Shown in pieces: positions 9,230-18,497 of a stretch of DNA of 64,000 nucleotides (position 1 is its first letter; every line of letters starts with the position of its first letter). Source of the stretch: Spirochaetia bacterium (GTDB lineage Bacteria > Spirochaetota > Spirochaetia > UBA9216). Under the pieces are notes generated by a model that saw nothing but the letters and a program-made list of their open reading frames with translations, was not told the DNA's origin and searched no databases. Where the stretch lies: positions 64,001 to 128,000 of the forward strand of contig CAXXYH010000004.1 of the NCBI GenBank assembly GCA_963677925.2, given 5' to 3'. The position numbers and the translations under genes were made by a program.

Positions 9230-9637
9230 TTATTTTCCGTAAGCCTTCTTCACTGCATCCTCAACTGCAGCCATTATAGCCCTGCTTGTAGCCGTAGCAC
9301 CGGATACGGCATCAATGTCGGTTGACTGCTGTGCAATTATATCCTCAGGAATTACTTCCATAGGATACTGGTAATAACGCCTGCCGACCTCATTATGTTC
9401 TACAATCTGAACATCGACCAGTTTTCCGTTTTCAATTTCAACCTCAACAACCAGGCCCGGCCTGAACCCGTCGGCAGTACCGGTATAGGTTCCATCGGTC
9501 AGCTCGTAGGCCGTCAGATCAAGTCCGTCCGGAATAGTGTAATTGCTTTTGGATCTGAAAGCAAAAACACTGGTAGAGGCAAGACTCATCATGACAATCC
9601 CGATAACTAAAACCCTAGCGTAAAATTTTCTTTTCAT
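9230..9637 (-). CDS. Exported FMN-binding domain protein (flavinylation substrate)
   Basis: Signal peptide; DGTYTGTADGF; IDAVSGATATSRAIMAAV flavinylation motif. Confidence 0.88.
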   Translation of the reverse strand: MKRKFYARVLVIGIVMMSLASTSVFAFRSKSNYTIPDGLDLTAYELTDGTYTGTADGFRPGLVVEVEIENGKLVDVQIVEHNEVGRRYYQYPMEVIPEDIIAQQSTDIDAVSGATATSRAIMAAVEDAVKKAYGK

Positions 9638-10328
9638 TTTTTATTCCTTTCCTGCTTAAAACAGGTCCATATGTTAAAGCGCCTTTCACAGGACACGCTT
9701 CTATACATTTAAAACAGTTGATACACTGAAAATTCCTGACATTCTTCTTTGCCGCAATTTTCACGCCGGTCGGACAGGCCCTGTCGCAGGCCCTGCAATT
9801 GATGCACTTATTCTCATTGCGTTTTATCGTAAACAGCCTCGCCAGGCTGAGCAGACCGTACTGGGCACCCTGGGTACAAAGATACCTGCAGAAAGGCCGT
9901 TCAATAAAAAGCGCCGCAAACATCAGCACGCCGAAAAGCACCCAGGAAGCAACAGTTACCCGTGCCACATTCAGAGACAGGATCCCCATGAATGTTCCGT
10001 AAGCTCCTGTTATGAACAGGCTTAATGCAAGTCCGGTAAAAGTCAGACCAAGAAGAATATACCTGCTGAACCTTAAAAACTTCTCAAGACGCCCGGGGAT
10101 TTTTACCATCGGAAGCCGCAGTTTGCGCCCCAGGGTCCACAGCCACGACTGAACAGCTCCGAAAGGACAGAGCCAGCCGCAGAAGAAAGCTCCGCCAATC
10201 AGAGCTGCAGCGAGAAGTACCATCATTGTAATGAAGTCCCGGCCGGCTATTCCTGCCGCAAGAACTGCAGCGTAGCCAAGCGGCAGCAGGATTCTTAGCA
10301 GGCTGTAGATATACGTTTTTCTTTTCAT
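9615..10328 (-). CDS. Membrane 4Fe-4S binding protein (NapH/YccM/NosR C-terminal-like)
   Basis: FFCGWLCPFG, RPFCRYLC, CINCRACDRACP, CINCFKCIEACP, with TM helices. Confidence 0.88.
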   Translation of the reverse strand: MKRKTYIYSLLRILLPLGYAAVLAAGIAGRDFITMMVLLAAALIGGAFFCGWLCPFGAVQSWLWTLGRKLRLPMVKIPGRLEKFLRFSRYILLGLTFTGLALSLFITGAYGTFMGILSLNVARVTVASWVLFGVLMFAALFIERPFCRYLCTQGAQYGLLSLARLFTIKRNENKCINCRACDRACPTGVKIAAKKNVRNFQCINCFKCIEACPVKGALTYGPVLSRKGIKNEKKILR

Positions 10329-10421
10329 CTTAACTCCGCTGTAAATTGATATAAAAATTATTACAGCGGAAATGTAAATGAATTATGAAGAGGATATGTT
10401 TAAATAATTTCTTTCAGAAGA

Positions 10422-11183
10422 TTATTTTTTAAAAACAAAACTGATTGTCTTCTTATTACAGGCATCGGTACATTCACCGCAGAGTATGCATTCATCACTG
10501 AACATATTCTGCGACTGGACCATTGCCTGAACATCAAGAGACATCGGACAGGCTCTGGAGCAGAGACCGCAATTAACACAGCTGTCTTTTTCAGCCTTCA
10601 GCCCCATAGAAGGGATCCGGACAAGCTGCCCCAGCCGTCTGCCGAGAATCATAAAAGGAGCCATCCAGCATATGTAATGACAAAAACTTCTCTTTCCGGC
10701 AGCGAGCGCCGGAATCAGTATGAGCAGAAGAACCGGAATGTAGATGATGTAGGCCTGCGGTCTGGTGACAGACATACCGTAATCGGTACCTATGAAAGGA
10801 TCGAGTGTTTTAATTCCGCCTGCTTTCACAAAAAAAAGTACGATGACGGCCAGCCATGGAACCCATAAAATAAATTTGATCAGATTTGCCTTCCCGCCCC
10901 TCGCCGGCTTATCTATTCCGGCAGCGGCACACTCCTGCAGGCCGCCGGCAGGACAAACCCATCCGCAGAAAGCTCTACCGAAAAGTATCGAAAAAACAAA
11001 CATCCCGGAGAACAGCAGAAAACTGAAAGAAACGGCCCCCTGCGCCGCACCCATGATAATCAGATAGGGTGAAAAGTAAAACACTGTAATCGGAAACAGC
11101 ATAAAAGAGATCAGAAGAATCGTCCGTCTGACCCTCTGTTTCCGCGGGACTCTAGTTTTAAACTGTTTCATATTTCCGGTCAT
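10422..11183 (-). CDS. Membrane 4Fe-4S binding protein (NapH/YccM-like)
   Basis: GRAFCGWVCPAG, RSFCHYICWM, CVNCGLCSRACPM, CILCGECTDAC. Confidence 0.88.
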   Translation of the reverse strand: MTGNMKQFKTRVPRKQRVRRTILLISFMLFPITVFYFSPYLIIMGAAQGAVSFSFLLFSGMFVFSILFGRAFCGWVCPAGGLQECAAAGIDKPARGGKANLIKFILWVPWLAVIVLFFVKAGGIKTLDPFIGTDYGMSVTRPQAYIIYIPVLLLILIPALAAGKRSFCHYICWMAPFMILGRRLGQLVRIPSMGLKAEKDSCVNCGLCSRACPMSLDVQAMVQSQNMFSDECILCGECTDACNKKTISFVFKK

Positions 11184-11304
11184 ATCCGCTCCTCTGCAGT
11201 TTTTGGGTTAATGCAGTATAAACCCTGAACACCGATTTAAGAATTTTATATTTCTTTAACAGTATAAATACGGCTGAATGTTCCCTGGAGATAATATTTT
11301 TACA

Positions 11305-11784
11305 TCAGCCGCCCTGGACTGAAATATACTCCTTTACAGACTCTACAATCAGGCGGTGATCATCCAGATGATCTGGAAGACCGGATACGCAAATTGAGCC
11401 TATAACACCGGTATTTTTAACTGAAAGCGGAAACCCGCCTCCGCCTGCAACATAGGAAGTCTCATCAAGAAAACGGCCTTTAATATCGGTTCCGAAGAGT
11501 TCCAGCCAGTACATGAATCTCAGAGATGACATCCTCATAAGATCAACGCTGTTCCGCTTCCGCATAAGCCAAAGCTCGCTGTCAGGTATCGATCCTTCGG
11601 TAAAAAGCCTGAATACAACCAAACCGTTGATTGTTATCTCAATGGCTACAGGCGCAGGGTAATCAGCGGATTTTTCCTTAATAATCAAGCCGAGGTTCAG
11701 CGCATCATCATAGGTAAATTTCCTGAAAACAAGATCTTTCTCCTCAGCTTCAAGTTCATCAAATTTTTCTTTTGCAGTGTCCAT
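11305..11784 (-). CDS. UPF0303/DUF336 (GlcG/HbpS-like) heme-binding protein
   Basis: WLMRKRNSV, AGGGGFPL, GSICVSGLPDHLDDH. Confidence 0.8.
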   Translation of the reverse strand: MDTAKEKFDELEAEEKDLVFRKFTYDDALNLGLIIKEKSADYPAPVAIEITINGLVVFRLFTEGSIPDSELWLMRKRNSVDLMRMSSLRFMYWLELFGTDIKGRFLDETSYVAGGGGFPLSVKNTGVIGSICVSGLPDHLDDHRLIVESVKEYISVQGG

Positions 11785-11806
11785 TTAAACTCCTTTGTTA
11801 ATAACT

Positions 11807-12754
11807 TCAGACATGATTAAGGAGGCCTATTTCAACCGGATGCGGATACAGATAGTACTGCAGTTCAAGGTAGGGCTCCCGGTATTTCCGGACATAATGA
11901 CGGAACAAGGTAAGCGGAACGATTAAAGGAACAAGCTCGTTATAATACTGTTCAGAGGCTTCAAGCAGCTCAGCACGTTCATCATCACTGATAAGCTTTC
12001 GGAAATATCCGGCCATATGCAGCAGAACATTGTAGTTCTTCTTTCTGGTCTTCTGTAACTCAAGAGCTTTAAGAAGTTCAGCCCTGTACTCTTCAAGGAG
12101 ATCGGAGAAATTACCGCTTCCAGCCCTGGATACAATCTTTCCCATCTCCTTCTGTTTCTGCGGACTGTGGGCCATAAGGGTATATTTATGCCTGCTGTGA
12201 AAATCAACCAGGGCAGAAGGACCCTCACCGGCAACAAGCTCACGCCACCGCTGCAGAATGAAGATAGTTTCTATAAAGTTCTCCCTTATACCCGGATCAT
12301 GCAGCCGGCCTTCGTCCTCAACGGGAACATCAGGAAAATGCCTGACGAAGGCGGCAGCAAAGAGTCCCTGCCCATTGTAACTGACAGGATTCCCGGATTC
12401 TCCGTATACCTTAACAGCCCGGAGTCCGCTTGATGGGCTTTTAGTCTTGAATATATAGGCTACAAGGTCTTCAGATTCCAGCTGTTTCAGCCTTTTATCC
12501 GCCCAGCTCTTCATCTGCTCAGTGTAGTCCACTCCGGTTTTTCCTGTTACAAGCCGCGGATCTTCAGGATCTCCCACAAGTCTCAAACTTTCTCTGGGAA
12601 TAGACATGCCGCACTCAACCTCGGGACAGACCGGAACAAATTCACACCATTTACCAAGCGTACCGGTTATAAATCTGTCCAGTTTATGCTGACCGTCAAA
12701 ACGGACTTCATTACCCAGAAGGCAGCTGCTTATTCCGATTTTGATTTTTTCCAT
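11807..12754 (-). CDS. DUF523 + DUF1722 fusion (YbgA family / thiouridine desulfidase-like)
   Basis: IGISSCLLGNEVRFDG, VCPEVECG, KSPSSG, EDEGRL, FHSRHKYTLMAHS, YLYPHP. Confidence 0.88.
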   Translation of the reverse strand: MEKIKIGISSCLLGNEVRFDGQHKLDRFITGTLGKWCEFVPVCPEVECGMSIPRESLRLVGDPEDPRLVTGKTGVDYTEQMKSWADKRLKQLESEDLVAYIFKTKSPSSGLRAVKVYGESGNPVSYNGQGLFAAAFVRHFPDVPVEDEGRLHDPGIRENFIETIFILQRWRELVAGEGPSALVDFHSRHKYTLMAHSPQKQKEMGKIVSRAGSGNFSDLLEEYRAELLKALELQKTRKKNYNVLLHMAGYFRKLISDDERAELLEASEQYYNELVPLIVPLTLFRHYVRKYREPYLELQYYLYPHPVEIGLLNHV

Positions 12755-12799
12755 AACCAATTATCGGACTATTGCTATACCCTTGTCCAGTCCTTATCA

Positions 12800-13564
12800 T
12801 CAGGGTCGGAAAGAGGGTTCCCTGTATCTGGCTCTGCCCGGCGAAGCCATAAGCTCAATTGCCGATGAAGGACAGAGATTGAGACAGCGCAGACAGACTG
12901 AACAGTCTTTTCCCCATGAAGGCCTGCCCTTTATCAGAGATATATTCTGATGCGGACATATCCGGGCACAGACACCGCATGATTCGCAGTTTTCTGTTGT
13001 ATTAAACTTTTTAACAGCGGCTCCGGGCATCGCTGCATTAAAGAAAACAGACAGGGCTTTCTGCTTACCGGTCAGGTTTCCGGACGAAAAAATATTTTCA
13101 CCGCTGTAAATCTTCCCGGCAAAGGCTGCTGCTGATTCAGCGGCCCTGGCCCGCATGCCGGCAGCTATATCTTCGGACTCGGTTTCTTCGGTAATGACTG
13201 AGCTTGAAGGAGTAAAAACATCGGCGGTACCGATTACAGAGTAACCCTTTCTCTTCAGGATTTTCGCTGCTGTCTCCTTGGTCATTCCCGGGCTGCTGTG
13301 ACTGTTGGCAATAATAAATGCTTCTCGGCCGTCCAAAGCAGGCATGGACTTTAAAAACCTTTTTACAGCCGCCGGAAGGTTGAGTCCGTAGACAGGGAAG
13401 ACTATCCCCGCAATATGCGCCTTCCTTTCCGCCTGGATGCCGGGCAGGATTTCAACAGCATCAGCCTGTGCGCCTAAAGCACGTATCCGGTCCCTTGCAG
13501 ATTCAGCAACAAGCTTTGTATTTCCTGTTCCGGTGAAATAATAAATTATTGTTCGTTCTATCAT
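12800..13564 (-). CDS. EFR1 family ferrodoxin (flavodoxin domain + 2x 4Fe-4S)
   Basis: YYFTGTGNTKLVA, FPVYG, CESCGVCARICP, CSVCLRCLNLCP; start moved to ATG 13564 after AGGTGG. Confidence 0.88.
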   Translation of the reverse strand: MIERTIIYYFTGTGNTKLVAESARDRIRALGAQADAVEILPGIQAERKAHIAGIVFPVYGLNLPAAVKRFLKSMPALDGREAFIIANSHSSPGMTKETAAKILKRKGYSVIGTADVFTPSSSVITEETESEDIAAGMRARAAESAAAFAGKIYSGENIFSSGNLTGKQKALSVFFNAAMPGAAVKKFNTTENCESCGVCARICPHQNISLIKGRPSWGKDCSVCLRCLNLCPSSAIELMASPGRARYREPSFRP

Positions 13565-13574
13565 CAGTATCCAC

Positions 13575-13955
13575 CTATCCACGGATCAGATTTACAGCTG
13601 TCTGGGAGACAGCCACAGTCCATTTAATAAGAATGAAGACTCCGAGAAAAACAAGGGCATTACGGTGTGACACAAGGACCGGTACTGATTTCCCGGCAAG
13701 AACCGAAACTGATACGACAAGCAGCATTATCCCGCATAGAGCACCCAAAACCATTCCAAGACTCTTCGGGCCGTAGGTCTTCAGTGTTATCTGAATACCA
13801 AGAGAACACATAACCAGTGCAAGGACCATAGCCGCTATGTACACGCTGCGATCTGAAGCTCCGAAGGGAACACTTCGGCCGGAAAGATGAGCAAAGATCA
13901 TCGATAGATTCAGTGCTCCGATAACTGTTGATAAGACAGACATTATTATTGTCAT
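13575..13955 (-). CDS. Small 4-TM membrane protein of unknown function
   Basis: Four hydrophobic helices; ATG 13955 follows AAGGAG. Confidence 0.7.
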   Translation of the reverse strand: MTIIMSVLSTVIGALNLSMIFAHLSGRSVPFGASDRSVYIAAMVLALVMCSLGIQITLKTYGPKSLGMVLGALCGIMLLVVSVSVLAGKSVPVLVSHRNALVFLGVFILIKWTVAVSQTAVNLIRG

Positions 13956-13956
13956 T

Positions 13957-14214
13957 TCAGACTCCTTTTTCCGCGTCATTATGCGGATTAAAAATACATT
14001 CTCCGGGAGTACAAACCGACAGCAGAACAAGCCCGAGATCCCGGATCTTTATCAGTGTGCCGAACAGCTCAGACTGATCCCTCTGAGGCCCTTTTAGAAG
14101 AGAAAAACCGAATCCGGTTTCAATCTCCAGCCCCTCAAACCAATCCGAAATTTCGGGTCCAATTTCATTTCCAACCTTGAACCTGTACTGTTTTACAGTT
14201 TCCCTGTACTTCAT
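13957..14214 (-). CDS. Small conserved hypothetical protein (Y.F.V...SDWFEGL...GP..DQ..LFG.L.KIRDLGL.LLSV) of the type I recall beside MalT-like LuxR genes
   Basis: Recognisable motif pattern; first gene downstream of the 20-bp palindrome. Confidence 0.7.
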   Translation of the reverse strand: MKYRETVKQYRFKVGNEIGPEISDWFEGLEIETGFGFSLLKGPQRDQSELFGTLIKIRDLGLVLLSVCTPGECIFNPHNDAEKGV

Positions 14215-14246
14215 GATCTGAGAATATTCCGAATCTTAAGAGTCCG

Positions 14247-14266
14247 AATCACCCTTAAGGGTGATT
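14247..14266. promoter_or_regulatory. Perfect 20-bp palindrome AATCACCCTTAAGGGTGATT, putative operator of the MalT-like LuxR
   Basis: Lies between the regulator stop (14302) and the start of the downstream operon (14214); no U-tail typical of a terminator on the minus strand. Confidence 0.7.
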
Positions 14267-14301
14267 TTGAAGGGTTATATTCTGATAGTTTAGAGGATAA
14301 A

Positions 14302-16971
14302 TTATAAAATTCCGATGTTTTTTGCTGCTGTAACAGCCTGAAGTCTGCTTGAAACATCAAGCTTTGCAAAAATATTTTTCAGATGTGTTTTTGTGGTATT
14401 AAGCGATACAAACATTTTTTCAGCTATTTCTAGATTGGAAAGCCCCCGGCCGACAAGTTCCAGAACCTCCTTTTCCCGCGATGTGAGTTCATAGAGATTC
14501 CGACCCCTGCCTGAATGCAAAGTTTCCGCGGGTCCCGACAAGCCTTCGGTAAATTTTCTCAGTTCTCCTCTACCGAATTCTGAGACGAGGGACACTGCCA
14601 TTCCGGTCAGCGGTTCCCCAAAATTAAAGAAACTCCTGCAGAAACCTGAATCAGCTCCAGTCTTAAAAGCCTTCCGCAGTTTCAGGACAGCGGAGTCCTT
14701 TTGTCCGTTTAAAATATTTAAATAAGCTCCAATCATGAGGATTTCAACAGCCGAGGACTTCCTGCCGCCGGCTTCCGCGGCTTTCAGAAGCCTGTCCAGC
14801 AGAGTTTCAGCTTTGCAGTTATTTGAATAAGCAAGAAGAAAGGCATATCCGATAATTCCTGCCTCCCTGATATTCGAAACCGGCTCATCGGCTGAATACC
14901 GTCCTTCAGTAGCCAGGCGCTCAGCCTCTGCGTGTATTCCTGACAGCACAAGATATTTCATTCTAAGCCCCCTGCCCATTTCCAGAAACCAGGGGGGAAT
15001 CTTAGAGGATGAGCTTAGAACCGCAAGTTCGGTAAATACAGTTTTCCGGTATTCATGATCACCTGAAAACAGCAGCCCGCAGGCCAGCCGGTAAAGACTC
15101 CACCAGCGCTGAATACTTAGAAAGGAGGATGCAGTAAGCTCATACCCCTGCTCAAGCTGCCGGAGGGCGTTCTCCTCATCAAGGCCCTGCTCCAGGCTGA
15201 GAAGGGCACGTTCACTAATCATGTTCCCCAGTATCCCGCCATACATTCCTCCGTCATCGCTACATACCGCCGAGGCCGCATCCAGGATATCGGCAGCGGA
15301 ACCCAGACGGCCCTGCATCCTCAGGACTATTGCCTGCTGAAACTTGGAAGAGAGTTCATTGAATAGATTTCCCGCAGCTGCGGCAGATTCGGCTGCTAGG
15401 CTGAAAGCGTGTTCAGCATTAACCAAATCGCCGTTTCCATTCCAAATAGAAGCAACGGCCTGCGTCGAAAGCACAAAGCTCCGCCAGTGGTGGTCATTCT
15501 TATCAAGTAGCCCAAGACTGTTCCGGCTATGCCTGATAACAGCATCAATATTCCCCTGATAAATTGCAGCCGAAGAACGAAGCATTTCAATCCGGCCGTT
15601 AAGCCGCTCCCGCCTGTCAGCATCTGTAATTTTCCCGGATTGTCCGGAAGCATCATCCAGATACTTTACAGCATTAAGAACATCAGCCTGCCGTAAAGCG
15701 GAACCGGCCATACTGCAGAGAAGATCCGGAAATTTTCTGATTTTCTCATACGGCAGCATGCTTATTTGTTCGCCCAGAGTGTCACGGATTCCGCTCTTCC
15801 ATAACGAGGCGGCATGACTGCTGAGAATCTCCGCTGCCTTCTCAAAATCTCCCGCTGAAAGATAATGAGTAAGCGCAAGCTCTTCTGCACCGTTCTGATG
15901 ATACCAGGCTGCGGTAACACTGTGCAGCTTTCCGGCCTTCTCAGGGTATTTCTGTTCAAGCCTGTGATTCAGAAATTCCCGAAAGAGGGGATTAAGCTTA
16001 AACATTCCTTCATATTCATCTTCCAGTCTCTGAAAAAGATTTCCTGAAACCAGACATTCAATTTCATCAGCTGTATTCTGCATACCGGTGAGCCGTCTTA
16101 TCAGCTCTTCCGTCAGCATATCTGCAGGCGCACAGCACAGCAGAATATCACGGGAAGCCCCGGAAAGTTCTGAAAAAATTTCCTCAAATATGTATTCCGA
16201 AATAAAGCTGCCGGCTCCCGAGAAGGTACCTACCCTTCTCTCACATTCCTCTTTTGTAGAATCCTTTTTTATCATCATCGAGAAAAGCATCAGCCCTGCC
16301 GGCCACCCTTCGGTTTTTCCGGATAGAATAGAAAGGACCGAAGAAGATGCGGGAAACCCGCAGGCCTGATAATAAAACCTGCTTACTTCATCGGAGGAAA
16401 AAGCCAGATCAGAAGCTCTCAATTCAGAAAGCCTTCCAGCTGTCCTCAGTCTGCCGACAGGAAAAGGAGGATCAGAACGGGTACTTAGAATCAAACCGAA
16501 GTTTTGAGGAACGTTTGCAGCAGTAGTTTTTATTAAACTGTGAATATTTTTATCATCGATTCTGTGGTAGTCATCTATTACCAACCTGACTTTTTTGCCG
16601 GATTCTTCAATTGCCGATGAAAAGAAAATTCCCAGATGCTCTGCCGGGGGAAGTTCTCCGGAATCCAGAACAGCCTGCAGCATGGACGAAACTTCAGGAA
16701 CTGCCTCCGAAAAGGCTTTTTGAAGAAGCTGTATAAAGGTCCTGTATTCACTGTCGCTTTTATCAGCATTGATCCAGACAGGACGCGAGGACGCTGAATA
16801 TGCCCATTGACTCAGTACACAGGTCTTTCCGTAGCCAGGCGGCGCTGAAATAATCAGGAGACCGCGATCTGCGGAATTCTCTATCAGCTGAACAAGTTCC
16901 TTACGGAAGATATTACCCGGTGAATCCGGTGGAGGTGAAAGCTTTCCTTTCAGAATAATTTCGGAATACAT
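14302..16971 (-). CDS. MalT-like ATP-dependent LuxR family transcriptional activator (STAND ATPase + TPR-like + LuxR HTH)
   Basis: Walker A SAPPGYGKT, LVIDDYH, TRSDPP, TEGWPAGL; C-terminal LTSREKEVLELVGRGLSNLEIAEKMFVSLNTTKTHLKNIFAKL. Confidence 0.92.
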   Translation of the reverse strand: MYSEIILKGKLSPPPDSPGNIFRKELVQLIENSADRGLLIISAPPGYGKTCVLSQWAYSASSRPVWINADKSDSEYRTFIQLLQKAFSEAVPEVSSMLQAVLDSGELPPAEHLGIFFSSAIEESGKKVRLVIDDYHRIDDKNIHSLIKTTAANVPQNFGLILSTRSDPPFPVGRLRTAGRLSELRASDLAFSSDEVSRFYYQACGFPASSSVLSILSGKTEGWPAGLMLFSMMIKKDSTKEECERRVGTFSGAGSFISEYIFEEIFSELSGASRDILLCCAPADMLTEELIRRLTGMQNTADEIECLVSGNLFQRLEDEYEGMFKLNPLFREFLNHRLEQKYPEKAGKLHSVTAAWYHQNGAEELALTHYLSAGDFEKAAEILSSHAASLWKSGIRDTLGEQISMLPYEKIRKFPDLLCSMAGSALRQADVLNAVKYLDDASGQSGKITDADRRERLNGRIEMLRSSAAIYQGNIDAVIRHSRNSLGLLDKNDHHWRSFVLSTQAVASIWNGNGDLVNAEHAFSLAAESAAAAGNLFNELSSKFQQAIVLRMQGRLGSAADILDAASAVCSDDGGMYGGILGNMISERALLSLEQGLDEENALRQLEQGYELTASSFLSIQRWWSLYRLACGLLFSGDHEYRKTVFTELAVLSSSSKIPPWFLEMGRGLRMKYLVLSGIHAEAERLATEGRYSADEPVSNIREAGIIGYAFLLAYSNNCKAETLLDRLLKAAEAGGRKSSAVEILMIGAYLNILNGQKDSAVLKLRKAFKTGADSGFCRSFFNFGEPLTGMAVSLVSEFGRGELRKFTEGLSGPAETLHSGRGRNLYELTSREKEVLELVGRGLSNLEIAEKMFVSLNTTKTHLKNIFAKLDVSSRLQAVTAAKNIGIL

Positions 16972-17010
16972 TTTTCATAGATTTTAACATCAAAGAGGCA
17001 ATACTTCACA

Positions 17011-17580
17011 TTATTTTCTGAAAAAATCAGAAAGAAGAATACGATCCCAGTCATTGAGATTTCTGAATACGGAACCTTCCCCGGTTTTAACAAATTCTTC
17101 ATTCAGCCTGCCAAGTTCATCCTGCAGAGCCTCCATATCAAAACAGTTACCTTCTTCAGCGAAAAAAGAATCGTCGTTCTCACTTCGTGAAGAAAAGTTT
17201 CGATCACAGTAATAGATCTCTATTTCTGGAGGATCATGAATTACACGGTTTCCATCGATATCATATTCGATCACCATGTATTTAATAGGGATGCCGTGAA
17301 TCCGGCAGATAAGCGGCCGATACCTGTAGATTCCGCAGCTGTCATCAGCCGCCATGAAGGGACATGGCTTTGAATTATTCATATCAGGCGGGGTAAAACC
17401 GTCAAGTTTCATCCTGCGTTTTATTGCCCATAATTCAATCGGCCGCAGGTGCAGCGGGCTGCAGCAGTATCTGCAGCCGGCAAAACAGGTTATTTCTTCT
17501 TTGTATTTTTCAAAAAGTTTATCACAGATCGATGCCGTATTTTCTACAATCGATAGATATTTTGAATAGACAGCATCCAT
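17011..17580 (-). CDS. YkgJ family cysteine cluster protein
   Basis: CFAGCRYCC, CPFM....CGIYRYRPLICRIHG. Confidence 0.85.
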   Translation of the reverse strand: MDAVYSKYLSIVENTASICDKLFEKYKEEITCFAGCRYCCSPLHLRPIELWAIKRRMKLDGFTPPDMNNSKPCPFMAADDSCGIYRYRPLICRIHGIPIKYMVIEYDIDGNRVIHDPPEIEIYYCDRNFSSRSENDDSFFAEEGNCFDMEALQDELGRLNEEFVKTGEGSVFRNLNDWDRILLSDFFRK

Positions 17581-17588
17581 GTGCAGTA

Positions 17589-18347
17589 TTATACACTCAT
17601 TCCGTTATCAACTGTAAGGACCTGACCGTTAATTCCCTTTGATTCTTCAGATGCAAAGAACAGAATCGCCATAGCCTGATCTTCTGCTGTTACGAATGGA
17701 GCAGAAAGATCCATATGACGGTTGCACTGGTCGGCAAATTCACCGTCAAAGGTGGCAATCTGCTCAGGCGTATTTAGCGGTGTTGGAGTTGGGCCGGGAC
17801 AGACAGCATTGCACCTGATTCCTTTTCCGGCAAATTGAATTGCTATATTCTTTGTCATTCCCAGGACTGCAGTCTTTGAAGCTGTATATGAGACTCCGCT
17901 GTTGCTGCGTACGGCACCTACGGAAGAGATATTGATAATCGAACCGCTTTCAGCAGGTTCCATGTACTCAAGAACTTCCTTGCACATGTAAAAAACCGAA
18001 TCCTGGTTAATTCTTATAATGCGATCCCACCAGTCAGCATCAGTTCTTGTTATCGGGCGATGCTTATCCGCTATTCCTGCATTATTTACCAGAATATCAA
18101 CCCTTCCGTAGTTTTCAATTGCAGCCTTTACAATCTTTGAACAGTCAGTATACAGACTTACATCACCTGTTATCCCTACAGCCTTTCCGCCGGCAGCATT
18201 GATCGAATCAACAACTTCCTGAAGTTCCTTTTCTCTTCTGGCAGCAAGAACAAGGAGGGCCCCTTCCCTGGCAAAAATCTCCGCTGTCACCTTCCCGATT
18301 CCGGAATTACCGCCGGTAATTATTGCTACTTTATCTTTCAATCGCAT
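17589..18347 (-). CDS. SDR family oxidoreductase
   Basis: TGGNSGIG, LVNNAG, NISS, YTASK, NAVCPG. Confidence 0.93.
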   Translation of the reverse strand: MRLKDKVAIITGGNSGIGKVTAEIFAREGALLVLAARREKELQEVVDSINAAGGKAVGITGDVSLYTDCSKIVKAAIENYGRVDILVNNAGIADKHRPITRTDADWWDRIIRINQDSVFYMCKEVLEYMEPAESGSIINISSVGAVRSNSGVSYTASKTAVLGMTKNIAIQFAGKGIRCNAVCPGPTPTPLNTPEQIATFDGEFADQCNRHMDLSAPFVTAEDQAMAILFFASEESKGINGQVLTVDNGMSV

Positions 18348-18439
18348 ATTATAGATCCTCTTTTGATTCAGATTTAATTTAATCAGCGAATTTTAACATC
18401 ACATGGTAATCTTGTGAAATATTGATTTCAGATGAGGTC

Positions 18440-18454
18440 ATGCATTTTTTGCAT
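18440..18454. promoter_or_regulatory. Putative LysR binding box ATGC-N7-GCAT
   Basis: Interrupted palindrome containing T-N11-A in the divergent SDR/LysR intergenic region. Confidence 0.55.
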
Positions 18455-18497
18455 AACTCATCTTGACTTCATTTGTAAACAAACGGAGAATGAAGTC

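Noticed and set aside
14302-16971. STAND ATPase as an Avs-type antiviral protein
   Set aside because: The C-terminal LuxR HTH and MalT-type motifs identify a transcription activator, and there is no N-terminal effector domain.
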